Shown here piece after piece: positions 27,297-37,026 of a stretch of DNA of 64,000 bases. The notes beneath the pieces are model-generated. The model made no database searches and was not told the DNA's origin. It saw nothing but the letters and a program-made list of their open reading frames with translations. Origin of the DNA: a bacterium (lineage in GTDB: Bacteria; UBA8248); NCBI GenBank assembly GCA_965204535.1, contig OZ241996.1, forward strand, positions 576,001 through 640,000. The letters run 5' to 3'. Every line of letters begins with the position of its first letter. The stretch's first letter is position 1. The position numbers were made by a program, and so were the translations under genes.

Positions 27297-27587
27297 TCAC
27301 GCCGCCCCGAGCTTCTCGACCTTGATTTCGTCTGCCTGGGCGCGCGCCCGCCAGAGGTCGTGGGCCATCTGCAGGCCGAGCCAGGTCTCCGGCGTCGAGC
27401 CGAACGCCTTGGAGAGGCGGATCGCCATCTCCACGGAGACGCCGGTGCGCTCGTTGACCAGTTCCGACAAGGTCTGGCGCGCGACGCCGATGCCCTCGGC
27501 GGCCTTCGTCACGGACAATCCGAGCGGTTCAAGACATTGCCGCCTCACGATCCCGCCCGGATGCGGCGGATTTTTCATCGCCATCAT
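27297..27587 (-). CDS. higA: HigA family antitoxin (HTH/XRE)
   Basis: MKNPPHPGGIV...LGLSVTKAAE...MAIRLSKAFGSTPETWLGLQMAHDLW. Confidence 0.85.
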   Translation of the reverse strand: MMAMKNPPHPGGIVRRQCLEPLGLSVTKAAEGIGVARQTLSELVNERTGVSVEMAIRLSKAFGSTPETWLGLQMAHDLWRARAQADEIKVEKLGAA

Positions 27588-27597
27588 TTAGCCCTCA

Positions 27598-27621
27598 TCA
27601 GCCGTAGTCGAGGTAATCCAT
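27598..27621 (-). pseudogene. C-terminal stub of a HigB/RelE-type toxin gene
   Basis: MDYLDYG* directly upstream of higA resembles the HigB C-terminus (VDYLDYH); the rest of the toxin gene is absent. Confidence 0.5.
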
Positions 27622-27699
27622 TTGCCTTTCGTTATTATACCTTTCCAACCCGATTATCGAGAAAAGGGAACCCCGCAACATGCGCGCCTCGTCCCTATT

Positions 27700-27762
27700 T
27701 GGATTCCGGTTTGAAGCATGCCGGAATGACGGCTGTAGGGGCGGTTCGCGAACCGCCCCTAC
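27700..27762. repeat. Adjacent REP-like palindromes of two families (CGTC-type and GTAG-type)
   Basis: TGGATTCCGG...CCGGAATGACG (27700-27731) and GTAGGGGCGGTTCGCGAACCGCCCCTAC (27735-27762). Confidence 0.7.
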
Positions 27763-27791
27763 AATCCCACCGCGTCAAACACTCGTTCATC

Positions 27792-27994
27792 GGGGCTGTT
27801 GAAAAAGCCTTTGTCAAAGGGCCACCCCCCCTACCCCCCCTTGTCAGGGGGGCAAGAAAAAACAAAAGCCCCTCAACCGGCGGCGGGCGTCGCCTTTTTT
27901 TACTCCCCTGACAAGGGGGGGTAGGGGGGGTGGTTTTCAGGGCGAGTGAGACGTCCCCTCTACCACCTGCAAAGGGGACTTTTTCGACAGCCCC
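27792..27994. mobile_element. MITE-like modular repeat, copy 2, with 5-bp target-site duplication
   Basis: 16-bp TIRs GGGGCTGTTGAAAAAG / CTTTTTCGACAGCCCC (1 mismatch), flanked by TCATC on both sides; shared core at 27824-27931. Confidence 0.8.
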
Positions 27995-28201
27995 TCATCA
28001 ATCGCGTTTGACCCTTGCCCTGCCGGACCGACAGTCGCCAAGTTCGTGGTTGCGCCGCAATTGCGCTTGTCATAGTATGTTTTCTTGCATCACAACGCAT
28101 GAAGAATGAGTCTTACGGGAAGTTTGGCTGTTGGTTTCCGGCCGGCGCGCCGGCCGCGCGTATTGTGAGTATAAAACTACTCTCATCAAAAGGAGAACCA
28201 A

Positions 28202-29317
28202 ATGAAACGTCGTGACTTTATGACCGGCGCCGCGGCCGGAACCGCCGCGGCGGTCGTGACGGGCAGCGGGTTGGCCCAGGCCCAGAAGGCGCCCGCCATG
28301 ATGAAGAAGCGCATCGAGATCGCCATCGTCACCACCTGGCCGCGCGACTTCCCGGGGCTCGGCACCGGGGCGCAGCGCTTCGCCAAGCGGCTCCAGGACA
28401 TGAGCGACGGCCGCATCAAGGTGAGCTACTTCGCCGCCGGCGAGCGCGTCGGCGCCTTCGACTCGTTCGACGAGGTGGCTTCGGGCAACGCGCAGGCCTA
28501 CCACGCAGCCGACTACTACTGGAAAGGCAAGCATCCGGGCTGGGCCTATTTCACCGCCGTGCCTTTCGGCCTCACCTACACCGAACTGAACGCCTGGATC
28601 CGTTTCGGCGGCGGGCAGCAGCTCTGGGACGAACTGGCCGCAGGGTTCGGGATCAAGGGCCTCATGTGCGGCAACACGGGCGTCCAGATGGGCGGCTGGT
28701 TCCGCAAGGAGATCAACAGCCCTGACGACCTCAAGGGCCTCAAGATGCGTATCCCGGGCCTCGGCGGCGACGTCATGGCGAAGCTCGGCGCCTCGCCGGT
28801 CTCCCTGCCGGGCGGGCAGATCTATGAGAACCTCGTTTCGGGCGCCATCGACGCCACCGAATGGGTGGGGCCGTGGAACGACGAGTTCATGAAGTTCTAT
28901 GAAGCCGCGAAGTACTACTACTATCCGGGCATGCACGAGCCTGGCTCGATGCTGTCCGCGGGCTTCAACAAGAAGTTCTGGGATTCGCTCTCGAAGGCCG
29001 ATCAGACGCTCATCGAGGCCGCGGCTTCCATGGAGAACGACGTGATGATGGCTGAGTACAACGCCAAGAACGGTGCTGCGCTGGCCCGGCTCACGCGCGA
29101 CCAGGGCGTCCAGGTGCGCCAGTTCAACGACGACATCTACGACGCGTTCGGTAAAGCGGCCGAGGAGGTCTTCGCGGGTGTGGTGACACACAGCCCGCTC
29201 GCCAAGCGGATCCATGACAGTTTCGCCAAGGCGCGCCTTGAGGTTGGCGGCTGGATGAGCCTCGCCGACCAGGCATTCATAGCGCAACGCAACCGCGTGC
29301 TCGGCGTCTCGAGCTAG
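28202..29317 (+). CDS. TRAP transporter substrate-binding protein (DctP/TakP-like), Tat-exported
   Basis: MKRRDFM Tat motif; GNTGVQMGGWFRKEI, GLKMRIPGLGG, IDATEWVGP. Confidence 0.9.
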   Translation: MKRRDFMTGAAAGTAAAVVTGSGLAQAQKAPAMMKKRIEIAIVTTWPRDFPGLGTGAQRFAKRLQDMSDGRIKVSYFAAGERVGAFDSFDEVASGNAQAYHAADYYWKGKHPGWAYFTAVPFGLTYTELNAWIRFGGGQQLWDELAAGFGIKGLMCGNTGVQMGGWFRKEINSPDDLKGLKMRIPGLGGDVMAKLGASPVSLPGGQIYENLVSGAIDATEWVGPWNDEFMKFYEAAKYYYYPGMHEPGSMLSAGFNKKFWDSLSKADQTLIEAAASMENDVMMAEYNAKNGAALARLTRDQGVQVRQFNDDIYDAFGKAAEEVFAGVVTHSPLAKRIHDSFAKARLEVGGWMSLADQAFIAQRNRVLGVSS

Positions 29318-29359
29318 ATGTCCGGCGCATAGTGTCACGGACCGCTATGGTTTCCCACG

Positions 29360-30355
29360 GTGACTGAGGATCGGTTAAACGAGGACGAAAGACGGCCCGG
29401 CATCGCGGACGCGCTTTACCGCGCGTTCGCGTTGTCGCTGGCCGCTACCATGTTCGCCTTCCTCTTCAACAACTATCTGGTCTTCTGGCATGGCTGGCCG
29501 GGCGTCGCGCGCATCTTCTCCGGCGGGGGAGCGGCGTTCCTGGCATGGCTGCAGTTCGCAGGCTATGTCCTTCCGGTCATCGCCATCATCATCATCACGC
29601 TCAGGAACCGGGAGAGGCCGTTCGCTTCGGACGCGGCGTTTCTCAGTTCCGTCACCGCCTACATCATCGCCGCGGCCTTCTGGTCGACGTTTTTCGTCGG
29701 CATCGTCGACGGCGTCATATCGTTCCTGCGCGTGGAAGGGCTTCTGCCCGCGGTGTTCGGCAAGACGCTCGCCCAGCAACTCGGCGTCTCGAGCTTCCGC
29801 GGCGTCTACGTGCATTTGCCGTTGATGCTCGCGGCCGTCGTGGTGGCCTGCTTCAGGCGGGGGCTCGATTTCATCTGGCTCGCGCTGCTCGTGGTCGTCG
29901 CCGAGTTCCAGATCGTCATCGCGCGCTTCATCTTCTCCTACGAGCAGGCATTCATGGGCGACCTCGTTCGTTTCTGGTACGCAGCGCTTTTCCTGTTCGC
30001 CAGCGCCCATACCCTGGTCGCCGGAGGCCACGTGCGCGTGGACGTGCTCTACACGCATTTCACGGAACGGCGCAAGGCGCTGGTCAACGCGTGGGGCTCC
30101 ATACTGCTGGGCGTGCCGCTGTGCTGGACCATTCTCGCTGTCGGCATGTCGGGCAAGGCGTCCGTCATCAACAGTCCGCTGCTTTATTTCGAGACGTCCC
30201 AGAGCGGGTACGGTCTCTACGTCAAGTACCTGATGGCGGGTTTCCTCGCCGTCTATGCCGTCTCCATGATGATGCAGTTTCTGGCGTACTACCTCGACGC
30301 CATGGCGGTCCTTCGCGGGCAGTCGCCGAGCCAGCCCACGCACGAGCCGGCCTGA
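29360..30355 (+). CDS. TRAP transporter small permease (DctQ-like) with N-terminal extension
   Basis: GGHVRVDVLY DctQ motif; lies between dctP and dctM. Confidence 0.8.
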   Translation: MTEDRLNEDERRPGIADALYRAFALSLAATMFAFLFNNYLVFWHGWPGVARIFSGGGAAFLAWLQFAGYVLPVIAIIIITLRNRERPFASDAAFLSSVTAYIIAAAFWSTFFVGIVDGVISFLRVEGLLPAVFGKTLAQQLGVSSFRGVYVHLPLMLAAVVVACFRRGLDFIWLALLVVVAEFQIVIARFIFSYEQAFMGDLVRFWYAALFLFASAHTLVAGGHVRVDVLYTHFTERRKALVNAWGSILLGVPLCWTILAVGMSGKASVINSPLLYFETSQSGYGLYVKYLMAGFLAVYAVSMMMQFLAYYLDAMAVLRGQSPSQPTHEPA

Positions 30356-30357
30356 CC

Positions 30358-33009
30358 GTGGAACTCTTCTTTCTCGCATTGCTTATCCTGGCCATGGCCG
30401 GGGCGCTGGCGTCGGGTTACCCGGTGGCCTTCGCGCTGCCCGGCTCGGCCATCCTGACCATCGGTCTCGCGTCCATCACCGGCTACGTCTTCGCAGGCGA
30501 CGCCAGCGCCTTCTTCGCGCAGGACGGCCCCGTTCAGTGGCTCACGGCCGGCGTCACCAATTTCCGGGGCGTCTACTGGGAGGTCGAGCGCGACACCATC
30601 ATCGCCGTGCCCCTGTTCGTGTTCATGGGCATCATGCTGCAGCGCTCGAAGATCGCCGAGGACCTGCTGGTGACCATGGCGCGCCTGTTCGGGCCGGTTC
30701 CGGGCGGTCTCGGCATCTCGGTGGTGCTGGTGGGCGCGCTGCTCGCCGCCACCACCGGCATTCTCGGCGCCACCGTGGTCGCCATGGGCCTCATCTCGCT
30801 GCCGGCCATGCTGAGCAACGGCTACTCGCGCCGGCTCGCTACCGGCACCATCTGCGCGGCGGGCACGCTGGGGCAGATCATCCCGCCCTCCGTGGTGCTC
30901 ATCATCCTGGCCGACCAGCTCTCGAACGCCACCGACCAGGCGGGCACGCTGCGGCTGGTGGACTACAAGGCCTCCACCGGCCAGTTCATCATGCCCACGG
31001 AGTTCGGCATCACCTCGGCCAGCGCAGGCGACATGTTCCTGGGCGCCATCCTGCCCGGCCTGGTGCTGGTGGGCCTCTACGTCATCTACATTCTCGCGGT
31101 CGCGCTCATACGGCCCGGCAGCGCGCCGGCCATCCCGATGGTAGGCAGCTTCGACCGCCAGTTCGCCTTCCGCGTGCTGTTGGCGCTCATTCCGCCCCTG
31201 GCGCTCATCCTGGCCGTGCTCGGCTCCATCATCATGGGGGTCGCCACGGTCAATCAGGCCGGCGCCATCGGCGCCGTCGGCGCCACCATCATGGCGGGGT
31301 ACCGCTTGAATGAGGGGCAGCGCGGGTGCTACACGCCCGCCATCATCGCGGGCCTTTCCCTGCTCGCGCTCTTCATCCTCCTGGCCACCTTCGACCTCAA
31401 CATTCGCACCATTCACGGCGCCTACGAGGCCATCGGCGTGACGTTCGCCGCCATCGCTGTCCTCGGTCTGCTGGTCGCCGTGGCCTGGAGTGGCTGGCGC
31501 GCCTACCGCACCGAGAATATGCTCGCGGGCGTCATGGTGGAGACCGCCAAGACCACGGCCATGGTCTTCATCATCCTCCTTGGCGCGGCCATGCTCACCT
31601 CGGCCTTCCGGGGCTTCGGCGGCGAAGAGTTGGTGAAGGAGTTTCTCACCACCCTGCCGGGCGGTTTCTGGAGCCAGTTCATCGTCGTCATGGCGGTCAT
31701 CTTCATCCTCGGGTTTTTCCTCGACTTCATCGAAATAGCGGTGGTGGTGGTGCCCATCGTGGCCCCCATCCTGCTTTCGGACCCCTCGGCCAACGTCACC
31801 GCCGTCTGGCTCGGGGTGATGATCGGCGTCAACATGCAGACTTCTTTCCTGACGCCGCCGTTCGGTTTCGCGCTGTTCTACCTGCGCGGCGTGGCGCCGC
31901 CCACCGTGCTGACGACGGACATCTACAAGGGCGTGGTCGCGTTCATCGTGCTCCAGCTCGTGGCCCTGGGCATCGTGGGTTTCTATCCGCCCCTGGTGAA
32001 CTACCTGCCGATGCGCACCTCGCTCACCGGCGAGACCGCGCCCCCTCCGCGGAACCCGCGCCTCCAGAACTGCCTGGAAGAGTACCTGTTCGAGCAGTAC
32101 GACCGCGAAGGCGAGGCGATCCGCGCGAGCATTCGAACCGCGCAGAAACTCGATACCGGCTATCTGCCCGAGAAAGTCCGCAAGAAGCTGACCGGCGGCA
32201 TGGAGAAGGCGGCCCGCACCTTCGAGCTGGTGGCGCAAGTGCGCCGCACGAGTTCGGAGCGGAAGAAGTTCGGAGAAACTTATAAGCCCGTGCATACCGT
32301 CATCAGGCGCGTCAACGCGGAGGAGAGGCGTATAGACCGCGAGATCCGCGAGATCCGCACCACCATCCGGCGCATGGGGCGCGATACGGACGCCGCTGCG
32401 GCGCTGCGCCACGAGATCGAGGAGCTCACGAAGCGAAGGGCCCGCGCCGAGGCGAGACGCCCCGAAGGGGGAAAGAAGATGCGCCGGCGTTATCTGACTC
32501 TCGAAAAGAAGGAGACCCGCGCCCGCCGCGCCTACCGGCGCAACGTCGACGACGCCTACGCCTCCGTGCGTTCGATGCGCGAGATGCTGGCGAAGGTAGC
32601 GGCTCTAGAGCAAGCCGGCGCGAAGCTCAAGGGGTTGCCGGAAATCCTTCAGACGCAGACGGCCAAAAAGGCGGGTTCCGCCATCCGCGAAGCCGGGCGG
32701 GCGTTCAGAAAAGTGCCCGGAACCTACGATCTGCGCTCAGGTCTCTCCAGGGCGCGCTCGGACGCGAGGCGCGGCAAGTCAGGCCTTAAGCGCGCCGAGA
32801 AGCGCCTGAATGATGTGATCGCCCTGTTCGAGCGCGAGGTGGCGTGGCGCTCCCGCGCCGCCCGGGAGCTCGACCCCGGCCTGGCCGCCTACGAGGCCGC
32901 CATACGCGGAACCATCGGGGTCCGGCAACTGGAACGCCTGCCGACCCGGTTCGCGAAACCCGTGGCGGCCTGCATGTCCCACCACCGCGACATCTCGCTC
33001 AGCTTCTAG
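30358..33009 (+). CDS. TRAP transporter large permease (DctM-like) with a long soluble C-terminal extension
   Basis: SGYPVAFAL, AVPLFVFMG, GTLGQIIPPS, NMQTSFLTPPFGFALFYLRGV; GTG start at 30358. Confidence 0.85.
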   Translation: MELFFLALLILAMAGALASGYPVAFALPGSAILTIGLASITGYVFAGDASAFFAQDGPVQWLTAGVTNFRGVYWEVERDTIIAVPLFVFMGIMLQRSKIAEDLLVTMARLFGPVPGGLGISVVLVGALLAATTGILGATVVAMGLISLPAMLSNGYSRRLATGTICAAGTLGQIIPPSVVLIILADQLSNATDQAGTLRLVDYKASTGQFIMPTEFGITSASAGDMFLGAILPGLVLVGLYVIYILAVALIRPGSAPAIPMVGSFDRQFAFRVLLALIPPLALILAVLGSIIMGVATVNQAGAIGAVGATIMAGYRLNEGQRGCYTPAIIAGLSLLALFILLATFDLNIRTIHGAYEAIGVTFAAIAVLGLLVAVAWSGWRAYRTENMLAGVMVETAKTTAMVFIILLGAAMLTSAFRGFGGEELVKEFLTTLPGGFWSQFIVVMAVIFILGFFLDFIEIAVVVVPIVAPILLSDPSANVTAVWLGVMIGVNMQTSFLTPPFGFALFYLRGVAPPTVLTTDIYKGVVAFIVLQLVALGIVGFYPPLVNYLPMRTSLTGETAPPPRNPRLQNCLEEYLFEQYDREGEAIRASIRTAQKLDTGYLPEKVRKKLTGGMEKAARTFELVAQVRRTSSERKKFGETYKPVHTVIRRVNAEERRIDREIREIRTTIRRMGRDTDAAAALRHEIEELTKRRARAEARRPEGGKKMRRRYLTLEKKETRARRAYRRNVDDAYASVRSMREMLAKVAALEQAGAKLKGLPEILQTQTAKKAGSAIREAGRAFRKVPGTYDLRSGLSRARSDARRGKSGLKRAEKRLNDVIALFEREVAWRSRAARELDPGLAAYEAAIRGTIGVRQLERLPTRFAKPVAACMSHHRDISLSF

Positions 33010-33190
33010 CCGCGCCGTGCGTCCGTGAATCACAGCGGGTATTCCGAGGAAAAGGAAAGTCATCTTATCCCGGCGGGTCGCAACGCGCCCACCCAACAAG
33101 AGCGTCCTTGACGAGTCGTGAGGTCATGCGGTAGGTTTGCTGTAGTTTCGTTCTTTTTTCACGCCCGCCCGTATACGTCGGTAAGGTTCC

Positions 33191-33952
33191 ATGGACGCCC
33201 ATTCTCGGATGAAGACGGGAAAAGCGCCTGAAAGAGAATCGAACGCAGCGGCGCGCGCCTTATCGCCGCCCAAGCGCGTCGTGCGGAGCGGCGAGGCGAC
33301 GAACGATCTCGTCTGGAGCGCATCTACCGAGAGAAACGACAGCGTTTTCCCTCGCATCCTCGATTTATACGTGAAGCCTGGAAGCATCGTCGCCGACGTG
33401 ACCTACGGGAAGGGCGTGTTCTGGCGCAACGTCGCAGACGGCCGATACGAGCTCAGGGCCACCGACATTCAAGGCGGCGTCGATTGCCGCGCACTGCCCT
33501 ATGGGGACGGGGAAATCGATTGCGTCGTGCTCGACCCTCCGTACATGCACTCGCCGGGAGGAACGGCGCATCGCTCGCATACGCCCTTTGAGGAACACTA
33601 CCGCAACAACGGCACCGGCAATCGAACCGGAAGCAAGTACCACGAAGCGGTGCTCGACCTGTATCTGGACGCCGGTCGAGAGGCGCACCGGGTCCTGCGC
33701 GAGCGCGGCGTTCTCATCGTCAAGTGTCAGGACGAGGTCTGCTCGAACCGGCAAAGGTTCACGCACGTCGAGATAATGGGGGCGTACGAAGAGACGGGAT
33801 TCGTCGCGGAGGATTTGTTCGTCGTGGTGCGCAACAACCGGCCCGGCGTGAGCCGCGCCGTGAAGCAGGTGCACGCGCGAAAGAACCATTCCTACTTCCT
33901 CGTTTTCTGGAAGCGAGGGATCGGGGGGAGAGTCTGGGAACCCCCGGCGTGA
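33191..33952 (+). CDS. Amino (N4-C/N6-A) DNA methyltransferase
   Basis: SAM-binding-like VADVTYGKGVF followed by catalytic VVLDPPY; HARKNHSYFLVF. Confidence 0.8.
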   Translation: MDAHSRMKTGKAPERESNAAARALSPPKRVVRSGEATNDLVWSASTERNDSVFPRILDLYVKPGSIVADVTYGKGVFWRNVADGRYELRATDIQGGVDCRALPYGDGEIDCVVLDPPYMHSPGGTAHRSHTPFEEHYRNNGTGNRTGSKYHEAVLDLYLDAGREAHRVLRERGVLIVKCQDEVCSNRQRFTHVEIMGAYEETGFVAEDLFVVVRNNRPGVSRAVKQVHARKNHSYFLVFWKRGIGGRVWEPPA

Positions 33953-34446
33953 ACGCAGTCGAGCTTCTCCTTGAAGTCATTCGCGATCATTCACCCGTCT
34001 CGAAGTGGACGAATGCGCCGCTCGAGAGTTTCCGGCGCGTGGAGAACACGAACCGGGGTGCGATCGGCGAACATTTCATACGCCGCTATCTCGAAGAAAA
34101 CGGAATCGAAACGCAAGGCGGCTCACGCCTCAGGCCGACCGATCTGACCATCGCAAGTCGACGTTTCGAGGTGAAAACGGCGTCTGAAGATAAAACGGGC
34201 AACTTCCAGTTCAACCATATCCGCATGGATCGCGGGTACGACTATCTGCTCTGCCTGGGCGTATCGCCCGCCGACATCCGGTTCAACGCCTGGCGCAAGG
34301 GCGAGGTGGCCGAAGGCGACGCCGGACGGCTGGTGCGGATGGCCGAAGGCCAGAGCGTCACCTTCAAACTCACGAAACGCTTGGCCGATATGCGGCCAAT
34401 CGACGCGCTTCCCGAGTGGGTGCGTTCGGCGGTTTTGGCGGGTTAG
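33949..34446 (+). CDS. Putative restriction endonuclease (PD-(D/E)xK fold)
   Basis: GAIGEHF...PTDLTIASRRFEVKTAS...FQFNHIRMDRGYDYL; GTGA overlap with the methyltransferase stop. Confidence 0.65.
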   Translation: MNAVELLLEVIRDHSPVSKWTNAPLESFRRVENTNRGAIGEHFIRRYLEENGIETQGGSRLRPTDLTIASRRFEVKTASEDKTGNFQFNHIRMDRGYDYLLCLGVSPADIRFNAWRKGEVAEGDAGRLVRMAEGQSVTFKLTKRLADMRPIDALPEWVRSAVLAG

Positions 34447-34522
34447 GTATTTGGGTTTTCCGTGTTTCGCTTTCGGCGTAACTCCGGCCTCGTTCCCGAC
34501 CGATGCGGGAGATATGTCTTGT

Positions 34523-34550
34523 GTAGGGACAGGTCGCGACCTGTCCCTAC
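34523..34550. repeat. GTAG-type REP-like perfect palindrome
   Basis: GTAGGGACAGGTCGCGACCTGTCCCTAC. Confidence 0.75.
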
Positions 34551-34611
34551 GGGTTCCGGGTGAAACATTTCGGGAGGCCGTCAAAAACAAGCGGCCGCAA
34601 GACCCTCGTCC

Positions 34612-35511
34612 CTACTCGCCACCCCCCTCCCTCGCCTCGAAAACCTTATACACCGCCGCGCTGTCGAGGGAACCGAAGCCCATTTCCTGTCCCTCGGTGA
34701 AAAAGGGCAGGCAGAGATCGCCCAGCGGCATGTTCGCGTTCACGCTTTGGCCCAAGGCGAGGCCGAGCTTGATGTCCTTGGTCAGCACGTCGAGCGTGCT
34801 CACGGGATTCGAGAAGTCTCCGCTCACCATCCGTGGCCCCCGGTTTCTGAGCTGCCTGCTGTCGGCGGCGCTTCTCATGAAGGCGTCGAGCAGGAGTTCC
34901 CCTTTCACGCCCGCTCTCAGGCCCATGCGCAGCGTCTCGGCGATCGAGCACCGCTGCAGGCAGGTGAGGTAGTTGATGAGCACCTTCATCGTCGCGCCGT
35001 CGCCCGCAGCACCGCAGTGAATCTGGTCCGAAAGCAGACGGCCGAGCATGTCCTTCACAAGCGCGTGCGTCCGCTCCTCACCGCCGACGAGGAAGAGGCC
35101 CGAGCGGTTCTTCACGTTCTCGCTGTTGCCGCTCACGCACGCCTCCATGAAGTCGAAGCCGCGCTCCGCGCACAGTCGCGCCATCTCGCGCGTATCCTCG
35201 GGATCGGACGTGGTGGTGTCGACCACGGCCTTCGGCTTTTTCTCCGGATCGGCTGTGAGATAGCCGTCCTCCCCCCGCGCGCATTCGAGGGAAATTTTCG
35301 AGTTCGGCACCGAGATGAAGACGAAATCCGCCGCCTCGGCCACTTCCTTGGGAGAGGCGAGAACCTCCCCGCCCAGAGCCTTGAATTCCTCTTGCGCCGC
35401 CGGAACCGGGTCCGCGCCGATGAGGCGGTAGCCGTCCTCGATCAGGTTCCTGGAAAACGCCCGGCCCATGAGGCCCAGGCCGATGAAGCCGATGGTTTCT
35501 TCTCTTTGCAT
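34612..35511 (-). CDS. Beta-hydroxyacid dehydrogenase family (3-hydroxyisobutyrate dehydrogenase-like)
   Basis: IGFIGLGLMG, EACVSG, catalytic Lys in ATMKVLINY, LTKDIKLG. Confidence 0.85.
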   Translation of the reverse strand: MQREETIGFIGLGLMGRAFSRNLIEDGYRLIGADPVPAAQEEFKALGGEVLASPKEVAEAADFVFISVPNSKISLECARGEDGYLTADPEKKPKAVVDTTTSDPEDTREMARLCAERGFDFMEACVSGNSENVKNRSGLFLVGGEERTHALVKDMLGRLLSDQIHCGAAGDGATMKVLINYLTCLQRCSIAETLRMGLRAGVKGELLLDAFMRSAADSRQLRNRGPRMVSGDFSNPVSTLDVLTKDIKLGLALGQSVNANMPLGDLCLPFFTEGQEMGFGSLDSAAVYKVFEAREGGGE

Positions 35512-35596
35512 GATCGCTGTTATCTCCCTGCTTGGGTGTCTCGTTGATTGTCTTGTCAGAAGAGGTAAACCGGATTCGGCGCGGCGCGCCCGAAAC

Positions 35597-36643
35597 TCAG
35601 CCTTCTTTCGGAATGAGCACCACCTTGATGGCCCCGTCCTTTCGCTCGCGCATCATTTCGATGCCCCGGTGCACCATGGAAAGGGGAATCCGGTGCGTGA
35701 TCATGGGCTTTACGTTCAACTCTCCCCGGGCGGCGAGGTCGATGCAGACTTCGAAGGTGTCGGGGTGTCCGCGCGAGCCGATGATCTCTTTTTCGAGATG
35801 CTGGAGATGTTCGAGCGCGATGGGCGCATCCACCGAGAACGCGCCCACGACCACGATGCGCCCGCCCTTGCGCGCCATCTCGAAGGCTTGGGCCATCGTC
35901 TTGTTCTGCGCCCCGCCCACGACTTCGAGCACGGCGTCCGCCCCGTGGCCGCCGGTCAGGTCCTTTACGGCGGAGACGGAATCATGCTCGTGTACGTCTA
36001 TCGTCTCATCCGCCCCCATCTCCCGGGCGACCTCGAGCCTCTCCGCCACCGCGTCGATAGCGATGACGCGGCATCCGGCGTATTTTGCACAAGCGAGCGC
36101 GCACAGCCCCACCGGCCCCATCCCGATGATGGCGACGGTCTCGCCCGCTTCCATCCGCGCGCGGTTCATCACCACGTGATAGCCCGTGCCCAGCGTCTGC
36201 ATGACCGAAGCCGTGGCGTCGTCCAGCGCATCCGGCAGGGGGAGGACGCACTTGGCGGGCGCTACGACGTGCCGGCTGTAGCCGCCGTCGGCGTTCATGC
36301 CGATGGAGCGCGAGTCGTTGCACAGGTTCACCCGGCCCATTTTGCAGAAATAACACACCCCGCAGTGCACGTGGTTCTCGATGCAGGCGCGCGCGCCGAC
36401 CTCCACGCCTTCGGCGCCCGGACCCAGCGCGCTCACCACGCCCATGAGTTCATGGCCCGGCACGACGGGATATTTCGCGCGCCGCACGTGGCCGTCTATC
36501 AGGTGGAAATCGCTGCCGCATATCGCGCACGCGCCGACTTCGACGAGCACCTCGCCCGGCCCCGGCTCGGGCGCGGGACGCTCCACGAGTTCGAGCCTCC
36601 CCGGTTCATGCAAGAGGGCGGCGAGTGAATTTCGGTCGTTCAC
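35597..36643 (-). CDS. Zn-dependent medium-chain alcohol dehydrogenase (threonine/sorbitol dehydrogenase-like)
   Basis: ICGSD, GHE, structural Zn site CGVCYFC...C, GMGPVG. Confidence 0.9.
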   Translation of the reverse strand: MNDRNSLAALLHEPGRLELVERPAPEPGPGEVLVEVGACAICGSDFHLIDGHVRRAKYPVVPGHELMGVVSALGPGAEGVEVGARACIENHVHCGVCYFCKMGRVNLCNDSRSIGMNADGGYSRHVVAPAKCVLPLPDALDDATASVMQTLGTGYHVVMNRARMEAGETVAIIGMGPVGLCALACAKYAGCRVIAIDAVAERLEVAREMGADETIDVHEHDSVSAVKDLTGGHGADAVLEVVGGAQNKTMAQAFEMARKGGRIVVVGAFSVDAPIALEHLQHLEKEIIGSRGHPDTFEVCIDLAARGELNVKPMITHRIPLSMVHRGIEMMRERKDGAIKVVLIPKEG

Positions 36644-36763
36644 GAGAAATCCTCCGGTGGTGATTTTCGGTTTTCGGCGATTCGGCGACGCACTATAAGG
36701 TTTTATCGCCCGCTTCGCCAGAGGAGGGGGTCGTGTTTCTCTTCCTTTTCGCAGCTTCGGACA

Positions 36764-36934
36764 ACCCCCCCTACCCCCCCTTGTCAGGGGGCAAGAAAAA
36801 ACAAAAGCCCCTCAACCGGCGGTGGGCGTCGCCTTTTTTTACCCCCCTGACAAGGGGGGGTAGGGGGGGTTGCTTTTCTATTCGAGAGGGGCGTCTTCTC
36901 TACTCCCTGAAAAGGGGTCTTTTTCAACAACCCC
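36764..36934. mobile_element. MITE-like modular repeat, copy 3 (left TIR not recognisable)
   Basis: Shared core 36764-36870 and right TIR CTTTTTCAACAACCCC at 36919-36934. Confidence 0.7.
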
Positions 36935-37026
36935 GGCCGAGATCAAACCGCGCGCGGCGTCGACTTTCATCTTGCGCGGGCCGTCGGCAATGTGTTATTT
37001 TCGCTTTTTATTCTCTCGGGTGAGCC

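Noticed and set aside
29545-30357. 1154-aa N-terminally extended DctM from the ORF track
   Set aside because: The extension is an off-frame overlap of dctQ; the real start is likely GTG 30358.
36733-37023. Small ORFs spanning the MITE copies (also 27360..27911 and 38658..39242)
   Set aside because: They are translations of repeat sequence (PPYPPLSGG), not plausible proteins.
36935-37026. SOS (LexA) box upstream of the Y-family polymerase
   Set aside because: No convincing match to the CTGT-N8-ACAG, GAAC-N4-GTTC or GTTC-N7-GTTC patterns.
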